Source: Candidatus Latescibacterota bacterium (GTDB lineage: Bacteria; Latescibacterota; UBA2968). Taken from it: a stretch of 45,979 nt of DNA. Position 1 is the stretch's first letter; each line of letters starts with the position of its first letter. The notes beneath the pieces were generated by a model, which saw nothing but the letters and a program-made list of their open reading frames with translations, was not told the DNA's origin and did no database searches. Positions 9,817 through 20,188 of this stretch are shown here, piece by piece. The stretch is taken from the NCBI GenBank assembly GCA_038279365.1, contig JAYODI010000043.1:1-45979 (forward strand), in the 5' to 3' direction. The translations under genes and the position numbers were made by a program.

Positions 9817-10617
9817 ATGACGCAAGATTTGATTTTGATGAATCTGGGATATGCCGCAATGTTTGTGGCTATGTATGTGGCCAGTCAAATTAAGCTGCGT
9901 TCTTTGTTAATTTTTTATCAGGCAGTAACGATTTGGCGTGCGTATGTGTATTTGGATAATTTGAATATGTTCATCTGGCATGCCTTGTTTTTAATTTTGA
10001 ATGCGTATCGGTTATATGAATTGTATTTGGAGTCGCGTCAAGTCACCGTACCTGAGGCATTGAAAGATGTCAAAGCATTGGCTTTTAATACAATGACCCC
10101 TCGCGAGTTTTTTTATTTATGGGATATCGGGCGTGAAATTAAATATGGTGCCAAACAAAGGTTGCTTCAAAAGGAACAAAAAAATGATCGGCTAATTTTG
10201 ATTTTGGAGGGGGCCGTGGATATACAGGTGCAAAAAGGTTTGACCATTGCACAAAATCGCCGCGGTGATTTTGTGGGTGAAATGAGTCTAATTACAAACA
10301 ATCCTGTATCGGCAACGGTTATTGCCGACGATGCCGTGCTCTGCAGGGAATGGACACGGTCGGATTTGAAGGGGTTACAAAAAAAGCACAATGAAGTTTA
10401 TCAAAAGTTATTGGGTGAAATTGGGCGTGATATTGTTGATAAGCTTATTGCTGCAAATGAACGATTGGCAAACCATATTCCAGCAACTTCGCAAGATGTG
10501 ATTGCCACATCCCGCACTTCGGATGTCAAGCAAGACGATGAAGTAAATGCACGAAGTAGCGATGGACGTGCTGTGACATTGGATGAGATTGACGCTTTGA
10601 GAGAGAAGGCCAATTAG
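9817..10617 (+). CDS. Membrane protein with cyclic-nucleotide-binding (Popeye-like) domain
   Basis: About three N-terminal hydrophobic helices (…KLRSLLIF…IWHALFLILN), then a cNMP-binding barrel (LILILEGAVDI, GDFVGEMSLI, SATVIA). Confidence 0.8.
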   Translation: MTQDLILMNLGYAAMFVAMYVASQIKLRSLLIFYQAVTIWRAYVYLDNLNMFIWHALFLILNAYRLYELYLESRQVTVPEALKDVKALAFNTMTPREFFYLWDIGREIKYGAKQRLLQKEQKNDRLILILEGAVDIQVQKGLTIAQNRRGDFVGEMSLITNNPVSATVIADDAVLCREWTRSDLKGLQKKHNEVYQKLLGEIGRDIVDKLIAANERLANHIPATSQDVIATSRTSDVKQDDEVNARSSDGRAVTLDEIDALREKAN

Positions 10618-10651
10618 ATGTGATGGCTGTGCGGTCTTTCTAATTGGACAT

Positions 10652-10689
10652 AAAAAAGCCCAGTGCGCAATTGCGTACTGGGCTTTTTT
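10652..10689. terminator. Bidirectional intrinsic terminator
   Basis: AAAAAA-GCCCAGTGCGCAATTGCGTACTGGGC-TTTTTT between convergent genes. Confidence 0.9.
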
Positions 10690-10706
10690 GTTGGATGGTG
10701 TTGCGA

Positions 10707-12956
10707 TTAGTAGTGCATATATTCATCTTCTGAGAGTGGAAAACCTGCGGGTGCTCGAAACATATAATTGGGGTCGATGTTGGGTTCACAATCTCCATAG
10801 GTTTCCATGAGTGTGATTTTTTTCTGTATCAATGTGCCCAAATTGAGGCCGTAGTTGTGTACCGATTCACCGTGGCTTTGGAGAGGCATAAAGTCGATGT
10901 CGCTGTTTTCCCACAAGGTTAACAAACGACGGCTGTTGGCCAGTTCGCGGGTCACCATATCGTTGACCAAATCGCGTCGTTTTTGACGTTCGGTATCGTC
11001 TTTGGCTTCCATATAACCGTGTACGCCACCAATCCAAGCACAAATGTTGCGCATGGTTTCGGCATAACAGCGGTAGGCTTCTAAGCGGTCTCGCAGATCG
11101 ACCCAAACGGCGTGACCATTTTGCGCTTTGGTGGTGGCAATTTCAACGGCACGGTCGAGCATGGGCCACACGGCGGTTTCAAATTTTGCAATGTCTGCGT
11201 CACACCCTTCAATGGTGTGCAGTTTCCAAAGGGCGTCGGCGGCGAGGTCGATGTTGTGTGGGTTGTTGAAGAGGGTGAGCATGGGTTCTTCGTAATAGGC
11301 GCGTTCGGATTCGGGAATGGCAGAAATGTTGGGCACCAATGGGCGCACCCAAAAACGATACCACGTAAAACCGAGCCAGCCGTAGAGGAAGTGAATGGGT
11401 GCTTTAGACACGGCTTCGTCTGTAAGACGCCATGTTTCGACCAAGGCCTCGGCATCTGAGGGACCCACCCAACGTTTGGCAACGCGCTTTGTAATGGCAT
11501 CGGTGTCAATGGTGTTTTCGCTGGTTTGATAGGCGGCAACGATTTCGCGGTTGATGTCGAAGGGGGCCATATGTAAGGGATTGAGATAAACGTCGATGCG
11601 ATCAAATCCACGGTCAATTTCGTTTTGCAATCGGTTTGCGACCACCCACGGGCTGGGCACGCCTAATATGTAAGAACTGCCTGTGGCGTTTGTGTCTGAT
11701 AGAACGTGTGCCCCACGGCTTTCGAGGCTGGTGCGTGTTTCTTGCCACTCGGGGTCATCAACGTCGGCGCGTTGTGATTGCGTTTGTAAGTTGATGCCTG
11801 TGTCCATGCCTGCAAGAATGGGGTCTTGTTCTTCGGCAATGTTTTTAAGGCCCGTCATGAGATGAAAGTTGGGGTTGACTTGTCGGGCGGCATCGCGCAG
11901 GGTGCGGTAGTAGCGAATGACATTTTCGGCAGCGAGGCGCGCAATTTCATCATCGGGTCGCCATTCGCGAACGATGTATGGCCCACCATTGCGCCCAGGA
12001 TAAAGGCTGGCCGTGTATTCAAAACCCGAGCCTGAGTCGTTGAGCAACATTTTGATAAAGCCGAGTTCGGGCACTTCGGTTAACAAGGTGCGGATGAGTT
12101 CGGCATAGTGCCAGCGTACGGCAGGGTGTGCCACACTTAAGGTGTAGCGGGGTTGATAGGAGCGGAAGGTGTGGTCGATGCGGGCGCCACGCAAAAAGGG
12201 ATATTTTTTGAGCAAGGTTTCAGGTGCAGAGCGAGGGTGTGCGGCATAAAACCCCGGTGTGAGGCCATATTTGTTGGCCAGTTTGGCCAGCGATTGGAGC
12301 AAGCTGAGGTTGGCTTGTAAATATTCACGCGGATAGGTGCCTGCATTGAGTTTGGTTTCGACGTATTGGTCAATATCGGGGGTGTAGTCGTAAAAACGGT
12401 AATAGACTTCGCCATTGGGACCGGTTTCGGCAGATCGGCGTGCCAGTTCGTTAATGACCACGTGATTGCACCCGAGGCGTGCCAACTCGCGCATGCTGTT
12501 TTCAAGGTCTGTGGGGGTGACTGGGTTTTTACGGCGCGTGTTAAAACCCAATCGCCCAGTGAGGAATTCGTCGCGCCCTGCCAACCAGCGAAAGTGGGGT
12601 TGAATGAGATGACCCTGTGCAAAGGCTTCGACAGGTTCTGTGAGCCAATCGTTACGTAACCGACACAGAAGTGGATACAGCAAGTGAGGGGCAGATGCCG
12701 AGAGTTCGCCGCGCCCGTTGGCAAAACGGAAAAAGGCCCAGTCTTTTTCGGGTGGGGTTTGTGGGCCGTTGATGGATGAATTGCCATTTAGGCCGATGAC
12801 GATTGTTTGTTGATCGGGTTTGGGGCTGGTGTTGTGCAGAACGGTTTTGGGAGATAACAATGTGTGCAATTCATTTGCGACGGTGGTTTCAACAGGGTGG
12901 CCTGTACTGAGGTAGTGAATGGTTATACAGGTTTTGAGTTGTTCGCCCAGTGTCAT
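10707..12956 (-). CDS. Large hypothetical protein, possible glycoside-hydrolase-like TIM barrel
   Basis: ~750-aa open frame with natural composition; GGAG 8 nt before ATG 12956 (the ORF extends to 12980); no recognised family motif. Confidence 0.6.
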   Translation of the reverse strand: MTLGEQLKTCITIHYLSTGHPVETTVANELHTLLSPKTVLHNTSPKPDQQTIVIGLNGNSSINGPQTPPEKDWAFFRFANGRGELSASAPHLLYPLLCRLRNDWLTEPVEAFAQGHLIQPHFRWLAGRDEFLTGRLGFNTRRKNPVTPTDLENSMRELARLGCNHVVINELARRSAETGPNGEVYYRFYDYTPDIDQYVETKLNAGTYPREYLQANLSLLQSLAKLANKYGLTPGFYAAHPRSAPETLLKKYPFLRGARIDHTFRSYQPRYTLSVAHPAVRWHYAELIRTLLTEVPELGFIKMLLNDSGSGFEYTASLYPGRNGGPYIVREWRPDDEIARLAAENVIRYYRTLRDAARQVNPNFHLMTGLKNIAEEQDPILAGMDTGINLQTQSQRADVDDPEWQETRTSLESRGAHVLSDTNATGSSYILGVPSPWVVANRLQNEIDRGFDRIDVYLNPLHMAPFDINREIVAAYQTSENTIDTDAITKRVAKRWVGPSDAEALVETWRLTDEAVSKAPIHFLYGWLGFTWYRFWVRPLVPNISAIPESERAYYEEPMLTLFNNPHNIDLAADALWKLHTIEGCDADIAKFETAVWPMLDRAVEIATTKAQNGHAVWVDLRDRLEAYRCYAETMRNICAWIGGVHGYMEAKDDTERQKRRDLVNDMVTRELANSRRLLTLWENSDIDFMPLQSHGESVHNYGLNLGTLIQKKITLMETYGDCEPNIDPNYMFRAPAGFPLSEDEYMHY

Positions 12957-13009
12957 TTTGGATGCTCCCTTTTTTGGCATGTTTGATTTTTAAAACGTGA
13001 GGATATTGG

Positions 13010-14173
13010 TTATTCAATGGTGATTTTTCGCACCAAAATGGTTTTACACGGTTTGCCTTCTTTGTTTGGGCAGGTGAAGTTGGAATAGGTCAATAACACT
13101 TCGTGATCAGAAATAGCGAGCAAGTCGGAATACGAACACGTGTCTTTTTGATATTCTGTGGGTTCCACGACGGCCATACGATTGTTCCACGTTTTGCCTA
13201 ATGGGTCGTTGGTGGCACGCAAATAGAGCCCTGGGCGACCATATGTGGATAGGGTTATTCCATTTTTGAGGGTGACCAGTGCGGGCCACACGCCACAATC
13301 GTCAAAGGGTGTTGGGGGAGACCAAGTAAGGCCGTTGTCGGTGGAATGGGAGATATAGAGCGGACCGATGCCATTGGCATCGGTGGTACGCAGGAGGCAG
13401 AGCATGGTGCCGTTGGGCAAAAAGGCAAGGTTGGGTTCTGTGAAACCGTCGCGTTCTTGGGCGTGAGGATCAGCAGAAGATGTGGGCTGATAGGCAATGC
13501 TACTGCGACACTGCCAGGTGTGGCCGTTGTCGGTTGAGTGTAAAAAGATGGCTTCGTAATATTGCGCAATTTTGTTGTTGAAGAAACGCTTTGAATAGAT
13601 GATGCCCCACAGGCTACCGTCGGGGGCGAGGCTGATGCGATGCATCCACGGAAAGGTGAAAACGCCCATATAGATGGTGCGAATGGCACCGGGAATGGTA
13701 ACTGTGGCCTGTTCTTCTTGCCACGTATTGCTTCCTGCAGATAACCGAGCAAAACGATATCCTGCAAGATGTGGTGGCATTTGGGCGGCATCAAAGGCGA
13801 TGATTTCGTTGCGATATCCACCCAACGTTTTGCCTATGGAGGTGGGAAGTTGGTCTTGCACAGTTTCTGGGGCAACGGAACGCAGGGGCATTTGGTGAAG
13901 CAAGTCGCCATTGGGTAGGGTAAGTATTTTGGCATTGGCAGAGATGGGTCTGTCATTTGGTGTTGCAGGATGCCACGTTTGTCCTTCGTCGGCAGAGATC
14001 GACATGCCTGCTGGTTTGCCATAGGCAGTTGCCGAATCGGCTTCTACATGGTAGCCAATGGCGAGTCGGTTGTCTGGCAGTCTTTGAATGGCCGGAAATT
14101 GCCACGGCCCCCAGTTTTGTATTTCGGCAGGTGCCTGAGACACAATAACTGGGTCGTGTTGTTTGATTTTCAT
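13010..14173 (-). CDS. Sialidase-like BNR/Asp-box beta-propeller protein
   Basis: Asp boxes SADEGQTW, STDNGHTW, STDNGLTW; QFP motif; C-terminal CSY. Confidence 0.85.
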   Translation of the reverse strand: MKIKQHDPVIVSQAPAEIQNWGPWQFPAIQRLPDNRLAIGYHVEADSATAYGKPAGMSISADEGQTWHPATPNDRPISANAKILTLPNGDLLHQMPLRSVAPETVQDQLPTSIGKTLGGYRNEIIAFDAAQMPPHLAGYRFARLSAGSNTWQEEQATVTIPGAIRTIYMGVFTFPWMHRISLAPDGSLWGIIYSKRFFNNKIAQYYEAIFLHSTDNGHTWQCRSSIAYQPTSSADPHAQERDGFTEPNLAFLPNGTMLCLLRTTDANGIGPLYISHSTDNGLTWSPPTPFDDCGVWPALVTLKNGITLSTYGRPGLYLRATNDPLGKTWNNRMAVVEPTEYQKDTCSYSDLLAISDHEVLLTYSNFTCPNKEGKPCKTILVRKITIE

Positions 14174-14351
14174 TTTGAGTCCTTGTTTGTTACATTTTTG
14201 AAGATCTTCGTGTTCTGTGGTTGGGTGTGAAATGTATGTACAAAGTGACAATGGACAAGGAAAGATTTATACGCTGGTTGAGGGGATTGACATGCGATAT
14301 GTTGTATGCCGCATTAAAGAAAATATACCTTAAAAACAGAGGGTAAAAAGC

Positions 14352-14861
14352 ATGTTTTGTGTGCGAAATACGTTGATAGGGGTGTGCGTGTTGATGCTTG
14401 CCAGTTCCATTTGGGCCGAGCAAATCGTGGGGGTGAATAAGGTGGTGGTCTACAAGGCCAAGCGTGTGCTTCAGTTGTGTGAAGGGGATAGTGTGCTGAA
14501 AGTGTATCCCATTGCTTTGGGCAGAGAACCGACGGGGCATAAACAACGCGAAGGGGATTCGCGCACCCCCGAGGGGACGTATGTTTTGGATTGGCGCAAT
14601 CCCAATAGCAAATATTATTTGTCTATTCATGTTTCCTATCCCAACCGTGAAGATGAAAAACGGGCCGAAGCATTGGGTGTTTCGCCTGGGGGGGATATTT
14701 TTATTCACGGATTTCCCAGTGGCATATCGGGTGCGATGTGGGGGCGCTATTGGTTTTTGGGGCGTGATTGGACCGATGGGTGTATTGCGGTGTCTAATGA
14801 GGCGATGGATGACATTTGGGAGTCGGTGGAAAATGGTACGCCGATAGAAATTTATCCGTAA
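14352..14861 (+). CDS. L,D-transpeptidase catalytic domain protein (YkuD family)
   Basis: Signal peptide; GDSRTPEG, SYPN and IFIHG...WTDGCIAV (His/Cys). Confidence 0.9.
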   Translation: MFCVRNTLIGVCVLMLASSIWAEQIVGVNKVVVYKAKRVLQLCEGDSVLKVYPIALGREPTGHKQREGDSRTPEGTYVLDWRNPNSKYYLSIHVSYPNREDEKRAEALGVSPGGDIFIHGFPSGISGAMWGRYWFLGRDWTDGCIAVSNEAMDDIWESVENGTPIEIYP

Positions 14862-15073
14862 ATGTCACACGATGCGCATACCGTTGTCACGGTTTTGTCA
14901 TTTGGGGCTTGTATCTTATTGGTGTATTCGCTTCCAGGTAGGAGGGCGTGTTTTTTAGGGCACGTCCTCTTTTTATATGTGTATCGCTTGGACCTGTGTT
15001 TGACAAATGGCAGGTCTTTTTTTATTTATGGGCGTGAAGCATTTATCAATCCATTGATTCATTGGAGTGAATT

Positions 15074-16129
15074 ATGTTAAAAGTAGGTGTGATTGGTGTG
15101 GGTGGCATTGCGCGTACTCATATCCCGGGTTGGATGGCATCTGAAGATGCCGAGTTGGCAGCAGGTAGCGATGTGAGTCAAGAAGTACTTGAGGCATGGG
15201 GCCAGGAACATGGTGTGCAAAAACTTTATGCCGACCCCAACGATATGTTTGCCGATCCTGATATTGATATTGTGGATGTGTGTACGCCCAATAATTATCA
15301 CGCACCGTTGTCTATTGCGGCGCTCAATGCGGGCAAACATGTGATTTGTGAAAAACCGCTGGCCCCCACGCCCGATCAGGTGAAGGAGATGATTGCCGCC
15401 CGTGACAAGTCGGGCAAGTTGTTGATGTGTGCGCAGTCGTCGCGGTTTGCGGGCGCTTCTTTGGCGATGAAAGCGGAGGTGGACAAGGGTGTGTTGGGCG
15501 ATGTGTATCATGCACGGTGTTGGATGTTGCGTCGTTCTGGGGTGCCTGGGCGACCGGGTTTTATTATGAAACAGCACAGTGGTGGTGGGCCTTGTATTGA
15601 TATTGGTGTGCATGTGTTGGATTTGACACTGTGGCTGATGGGCAACCCCAAGCCTGTGGCGGTGACGGGTGTGGCACGTGCTGAGTTGGCGCATCAACCG
15701 GGTGCTTTTAGTACGATGGGGCGTGGAGCAGGTGATATTTCGGATGCATTTGATGTGGAAGATTTTGCGGCGGCATTTGTGCGATTTGAAAATGGTGCCA
15801 CGCTTGTTTTGGAAACGAGTTGGATGTTGCACCACGGGCAAGATTCGGATCGACAGATTTGGCTTTATGGCACAAAGGGTGGGGCACATTTGCCGAAGGG
15901 TGAAATTTATTATTCAGACAATCAGCAAAAACAGCATTATAACTATGCGTTGAAAAACACAGCAGATCCTATGAAAAGCCATGCCTTGGAGTGTGTAGAA
16001 TTTGCGCGTGCTGTGGCGCAGGGCAACCCCTCTCCTGTTCCTGCAGAACAATCGTTGCAGGTGATGGCCATTTTGGATGGCATTTATCGCAGCCAAGTCA
16101 GTGGGAAAGAGTTGCGGTTGGATGTGTGA
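15074..16129 (+). CDS. Gfo/Idh/MocA family oxidoreductase
   Basis: GVGGIA, GKHVICEKP, GGGPCIDIGVHVLD. Confidence 0.93.
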   Translation: MLKVGVIGVGGIARTHIPGWMASEDAELAAGSDVSQEVLEAWGQEHGVQKLYADPNDMFADPDIDIVDVCTPNNYHAPLSIAALNAGKHVICEKPLAPTPDQVKEMIAARDKSGKLLMCAQSSRFAGASLAMKAEVDKGVLGDVYHARCWMLRRSGVPGRPGFIMKQHSGGGPCIDIGVHVLDLTLWLMGNPKPVAVTGVARAELAHQPGAFSTMGRGAGDISDAFDVEDFAAAFVRFENGATLVLETSWMLHHGQDSDRQIWLYGTKGGAHLPKGEIYYSDNQQKQHYNYALKNTADPMKSHALECVEFARAVAQGNPSPVPAEQSLQVMAILDGIYRSQVSGKELRLDV

Positions 16130-16147
16130 GCTTGAGGATGAGATGAC

Positions 16148-16183
16148 AAAAAAGGCGCGTTTCGAGTGAAACGCGCCTTTTTT
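16148..16183. terminator. Bidirectional intrinsic terminator
   Basis: AAAAAAGGCGCGTTTC-gagt-GAAACGCGCCTTTTTT between convergent genes. Confidence 0.9.
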
Positions 16184-16198
16184 ATTGGTGGATATTGA

Positions 16199-17524
16199 TC
16201 AATAGACTTTTGTGTCTTTGTCTTTTTTCTCTAACGTATTATCCCAGCGGCGTTCTGGTTTTTTAGATGGAATGCGTTCGATGAGTTTGTTGGGTTTGTT
16301 TTTTTGTTTGACCAAATCAAAGGCATCGTAGAGCTCCCCTACAACGGTCATGGCCCGGTAATGTAAGGTGTCTTGGTTGACAGATATGACTTGGTAGAGT
16401 TGGCTGTTTTCGGCACCGCGTTTCATCCAACGGTCGTCGCGCAGTTTGTATTGTTTGGGGCCACTCACAGATACCACATAGACGGTTCCGTTTTTGGGGT
16501 CTTTAACGGTGACACCGTTGCCAATGTTGCTGCCACGGGCATAGGTATGGTCGTGTCCTTGTAGCACCAAGTCCACTTGATATTTGTCAAAGAGGGGCTT
16601 CCAGGCTTCGCGTTGTGCAGTGTTGTCTCTGTTTGCCGATGCAGAGTAAATTGGGTGATGAAAGGTAATAAATGTCCAGCGGTTTGGGTTGTTTTTGAGC
16701 ACGTTTTCCAGCCACGGTGTTTGTGCATCTCTGTCTTGGTTGGAGTTGAGTGAGATGATACGCGCGCCTTGGTAGTCGATGTAATAGACGGTTTCTTCTA
16801 AGCCTTCTGGGCCGTTTTGAGGTAAGGTGAAATGTGGGCGCCAAAGTGAAGATAGGAGACGAGGCTGGTTTTCGCCTTGTCGGGCATATTCGTGATTGCC
16901 GGGGGTGGGCACAATGGGAATTTGTGCGTGAATCCACTCGCCTGCTTCAAACCATTCTTGCCAGTCGCTGTCTTTGTTGGCGGTGTTGATGAGGTCACCC
17001 GCGTGTAGTAAGAAGTCGGCTTTTGGGGCGTCGAGCACTGCTGAGCGAATGACACGCGACCAAAGTGCAAGCAGGTTGTTTTGGGCATCGCCAAAGTAAA
17101 TAAATGTGAAGGGCGCACGTTTGTTTTGTGCGGTTTTAAATTGATACCACGCGCTCCAAATGTTGCCACTGCCCACCCGATAGGCATAGAGGGTGTTGGG
17201 TTTGAGGTCTGTGAAGGTGACCGAGTGAAAGTTTGCGGCATGTTCACCCTCTTGCCATTTTTCGGTGGTGGCCTTTACTGCGGTGGCATAGGTGGTAAAG
17301 TTGGCCGATGCGTCGGCTATTGCAATTTCGCCCACGGCAGCGTCGATGGCGGTGTGGGTGCGCCACGTGACGGAGGCCGAAGTGGTTGGGTCACCCGACC
17401 AAGTAAGGGCGATGCGGTCGGGAATTTCGGTGGGCAAAGAATCGATGGCTGCTCGATGGTATTCGTGTGCAAGGGTGTTTTGGGCGGTGAGTAATAGGAT
17501 GATCAAACAGAGAAATCGTGGCAT
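16199..17524 (-). CDS. Secreted purple-acid-phosphatase-like metallophosphoesterase with FN3 domain
   Basis: Signal peptide MPRFLCLIILLLTAQNTLA; FN3 motif LKPNTLYAYRVG; GDAQ, GDL, GNHE, HHP and GHDH motifs. Confidence 0.9.
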   Translation of the reverse strand: MPRFLCLIILLLTAQNTLAHEYHRAAIDSLPTEIPDRIALTWSGDPTTSASVTWRTHTAIDAAVGEIAIADASANFTTYATAVKATTEKWQEGEHAANFHSVTFTDLKPNTLYAYRVGSGNIWSAWYQFKTAQNKRAPFTFIYFGDAQNNLLALWSRVIRSAVLDAPKADFLLHAGDLINTANKDSDWQEWFEAGEWIHAQIPIVPTPGNHEYARQGENQPRLLSSLWRPHFTLPQNGPEGLEETVYYIDYQGARIISLNSNQDRDAQTPWLENVLKNNPNRWTFITFHHPIYSASANRDNTAQREAWKPLFDKYQVDLVLQGHDHTYARGSNIGNGVTVKDPKNGTVYVVSVSGPKQYKLRDDRWMKRGAENSQLYQVISVNQDTLHYRAMTVVGELYDAFDLVKQKNKPNKLIERIPSKKPERRWDNTLEKKDKDTKVY

Positions 17525-17688
17525 GGTATCGCTCCCTAAAGATTGGGTTGAATCATTTGTTGGTGACACATCACATGATAAGCCACTTGTGCAAGTGTGT
17601 GATGAAGATGCACTTTTTGTGTGACAAACAGATTGTGATTCTGTGTCTGTTGGGTGAAGGTTTTTAAAATTTAGGATCTTTGATTGTT

Positions 17689-19959
17689 TTATGCCTGATC
17701 TGAAGGGGTCATTGAGGGCGGAAGCTTTTTGACACCCCATTCGGTATTGGGTTCTGGCCCCAATGTGAGGGTGAGCTTGCCGTCATTGATGAGGTCTGAA
17801 TGCCGAAACCACGCCCGATCGTGTGTTTTGCCATTGAGCGTGGCCGATTGGATGTAGATGTTTTCGGGTGTGTTGTTTTGGGTTTCTATGATGAATGTTT
17901 CATCAGGTGACATGTGAATGGTGATGCGGTCAAAGATGGGCGAGGTGATGTCGTAAATAGGGTCGGCTTCACAACCGCCGCGCATGGCAAACAGGCCCAA
18001 GGCCATGAGGCTGTTGAGGGAGCCCATCATACCTTGGTCTTCGTCGCCCCCATATCCCCCTTGAGGGGTGATGTCGCTTTTGGCGGCTTTCATGACTTCT
18101 CGCGTCCATTTTTGAGAGAGCCACGGTGCGCCCACATAGTTGAACAAATGGGCAAAGTGTGTACAGGGTTGGTTGCCATATTCGATGACGTTTTCGTGGT
18201 GCTTGGCGTGTGGTGCAATAAAGTTTTTTTCGGCGGCAATTTCAAATTGTTCGTTGAGGCGCTTGATGAATGTGTCTGTTCCGCCCATGAGTTTTGCCAG
18301 ACCCATTGGGTCGTGTGGCGCCCACCATAAATAGTGCCAGCCATTGCCTTCGTTCCAGCCATCCGATTTGTGCGGATCAAAGTCTTTGAGCCATTCGCCA
18401 TCCATGGTGCGTGGGTGCATAAAGTGCGTGTTGGGGTTGTAAAGGTTTTGGTAGTTGTGCGCACGTTTGAGAAAAAGCTCGGCGTCTTCGGTTTTGCCCA
18501 GTGCTTGAGCCAGTTGGGCAAGCGTCCAATCCTGAAAGGCACATTCAAGGGTTTGTGCAGGGCCGTCGCAATGAAAGGCGTGTGCTTTAATGCCCATGGG
18601 AATGTAGCCGCGCGCGATGTAGTATTCGACCCCTCCTCCAATAAAGGTGTCGTGCTCATACCCTGCTTTGCTCATCAGACCGCCTGGAAAGTGGTTTTTT
18701 CTCAAACCTTCGTAGGCTTTTTCAATGTCGAAGCTGCGAATGCCTTTTTGGTAGGCCGATACAAAAAGGGGTGTGGATGTTGCGGATGTCATGACAAAGG
18801 TGTAGTTACCTCCTGAGGGGCCACGCGGAATGAGCCCCCCGTTTTTGTACATGTCGAGAAAGGTGTTGCAAAAGTTGTGTGTGATTTCGGGCCAGGCCAA
18901 AGGCCAAAGGACGTTCAGTGTCCATTGTGCCCCCCAAAAGGCATCGGAGTTATGGTGTTCATATAATGGGATACCTTTTTCGTTGAGCGGAATCTGGCGA
19001 ATGGTGGGTGTGTTGCTTGTGTTGTCAATGTAGCGACCATCTTTGTCGCTGACACGGCGACGACCCAAAAGGGCGTGGTAAAGGTCGGTGTAGAATTTTG
19101 TTTTTTGTGCGTCAGTGCCGCCTTCTACTTCTATGCGCCCTAAATATCCGTTCCATGCATCGGTGGCTTCTTGGCGAATTTGGTCAAAGTGCCAGTGTGG
19201 GAGTTCTGTGTTGAGGTTGTTGCGCGCACCATCTATGTCGCAATAAGAGATGGCCACTTTGAGGTGGATGGTGTCGCCTTCGTCTGTTGTGAAGTGGACA
19301 AATGCACCTGTGTTTGGGCCGGTTATTTTTTCAGCAGATTTAATGACCTCGCCATCTTGCCATCCACCAAAGTTTTTGATGGGACGATCAAATTGCGCAA
19401 CAAAGTAGATCTTGAGTGCTTTGGGGCGGCGGCGTGTGGGGGCGTTGACGACATAACCGACGAGTTCTGTGTCGCTCGTCTTTTCAATGGATGCATCACT
19501 GATGTCTGATGGGCCAATGGTGGTGGTGAGGTCAAAAAGGATATGAACGTCTTCGGCTTTGGGACAGGTGTAACGGTGAAAACCCACACGATCTGTGGCC
19601 GTAAGTTCGGCATTGATGTTGTAGCTGTCGAGGTAGACTTGGTGATAACCGGGTTGAACAGTTTCGTTGTCGTGGTTAAAGGTCGATTTGTAAACGTCTA
19701 CCCCTTCGTGACCGCGCATGGGCCCTATGGTGGGTAAAATAGGAATGCCAGAAAGTTGCCAACCGTGAATGTGACTGAACCAACAAATGGTGTTTTTGTT
19801 ATACCGATAACCCGCTTCCCATGCCCCACCCCCTGCGGCGGTGTCTGGGCTGAGGTTGACCATGCCAAATGGGCGTGAGGCCGAGCTAAAAAAGAAGAAT
19901 CGGCGGTTGGCGGTGTCAATGAGTGGGTTAACCCACTGGGCGGGTGATTTGGCCATCAT
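17689..19959 (-). CDS. GH92 family alpha-mannosidase-like glycoside hydrolase
   Basis: WVNPLIDT, PFGMVNLSPDT, FYTDLYH, TLECAFQDW, NEGNGWHY, GNQP, GDEDQGMM; no signal peptide. Confidence 0.93.
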   Translation of the reverse strand: MMAKSPAQWVNPLIDTANRRFFFFSSASRPFGMVNLSPDTAAGGGAWEAGYRYNKNTICWFSHIHGWQLSGIPILPTIGPMRGHEGVDVYKSTFNHDNETVQPGYHQVYLDSYNINAELTATDRVGFHRYTCPKAEDVHILFDLTTTIGPSDISDASIEKTSDTELVGYVVNAPTRRRPKALKIYFVAQFDRPIKNFGGWQDGEVIKSAEKITGPNTGAFVHFTTDEGDTIHLKVAISYCDIDGARNNLNTELPHWHFDQIRQEATDAWNGYLGRIEVEGGTDAQKTKFYTDLYHALLGRRRVSDKDGRYIDNTSNTPTIRQIPLNEKGIPLYEHHNSDAFWGAQWTLNVLWPLAWPEITHNFCNTFLDMYKNGGLIPRGPSGGNYTFVMTSATSTPLFVSAYQKGIRSFDIEKAYEGLRKNHFPGGLMSKAGYEHDTFIGGGVEYYIARGYIPMGIKAHAFHCDGPAQTLECAFQDWTLAQLAQALGKTEDAELFLKRAHNYQNLYNPNTHFMHPRTMDGEWLKDFDPHKSDGWNEGNGWHYLWWAPHDPMGLAKLMGGTDTFIKRLNEQFEIAAEKNFIAPHAKHHENVIEYGNQPCTHFAHLFNYVGAPWLSQKWTREVMKAAKSDITPQGGYGGDEDQGMMGSLNSLMALGLFAMRGGCEADPIYDITSPIFDRITIHMSPDETFIIETQNNTPENIYIQSATLNGKTHDRAWFRHSDLINDGKLTLTLGPEPNTEWGVKKLPPSMTPSDQA

Positions 19960-20188
19960 AAAAAACTCCCATTGTTGTCTATTGGAATAAGTGATCGATC
20001 TGGTTTTGTTGTTTTGTGATGCAGAAATTGATGATCGAAGATAGGGTGAGGCCATACAAGACGCAACACAAATTCATACACGCAAAGAGAATGGCAACCC
20101 ATCGTAAATGTGTTTTGCTTTTATTTTTTTCGTGTTATCATTTCTTTTCAAATACGTCAATGTGGTCATTCTTTATGGAGAAAAAGAA

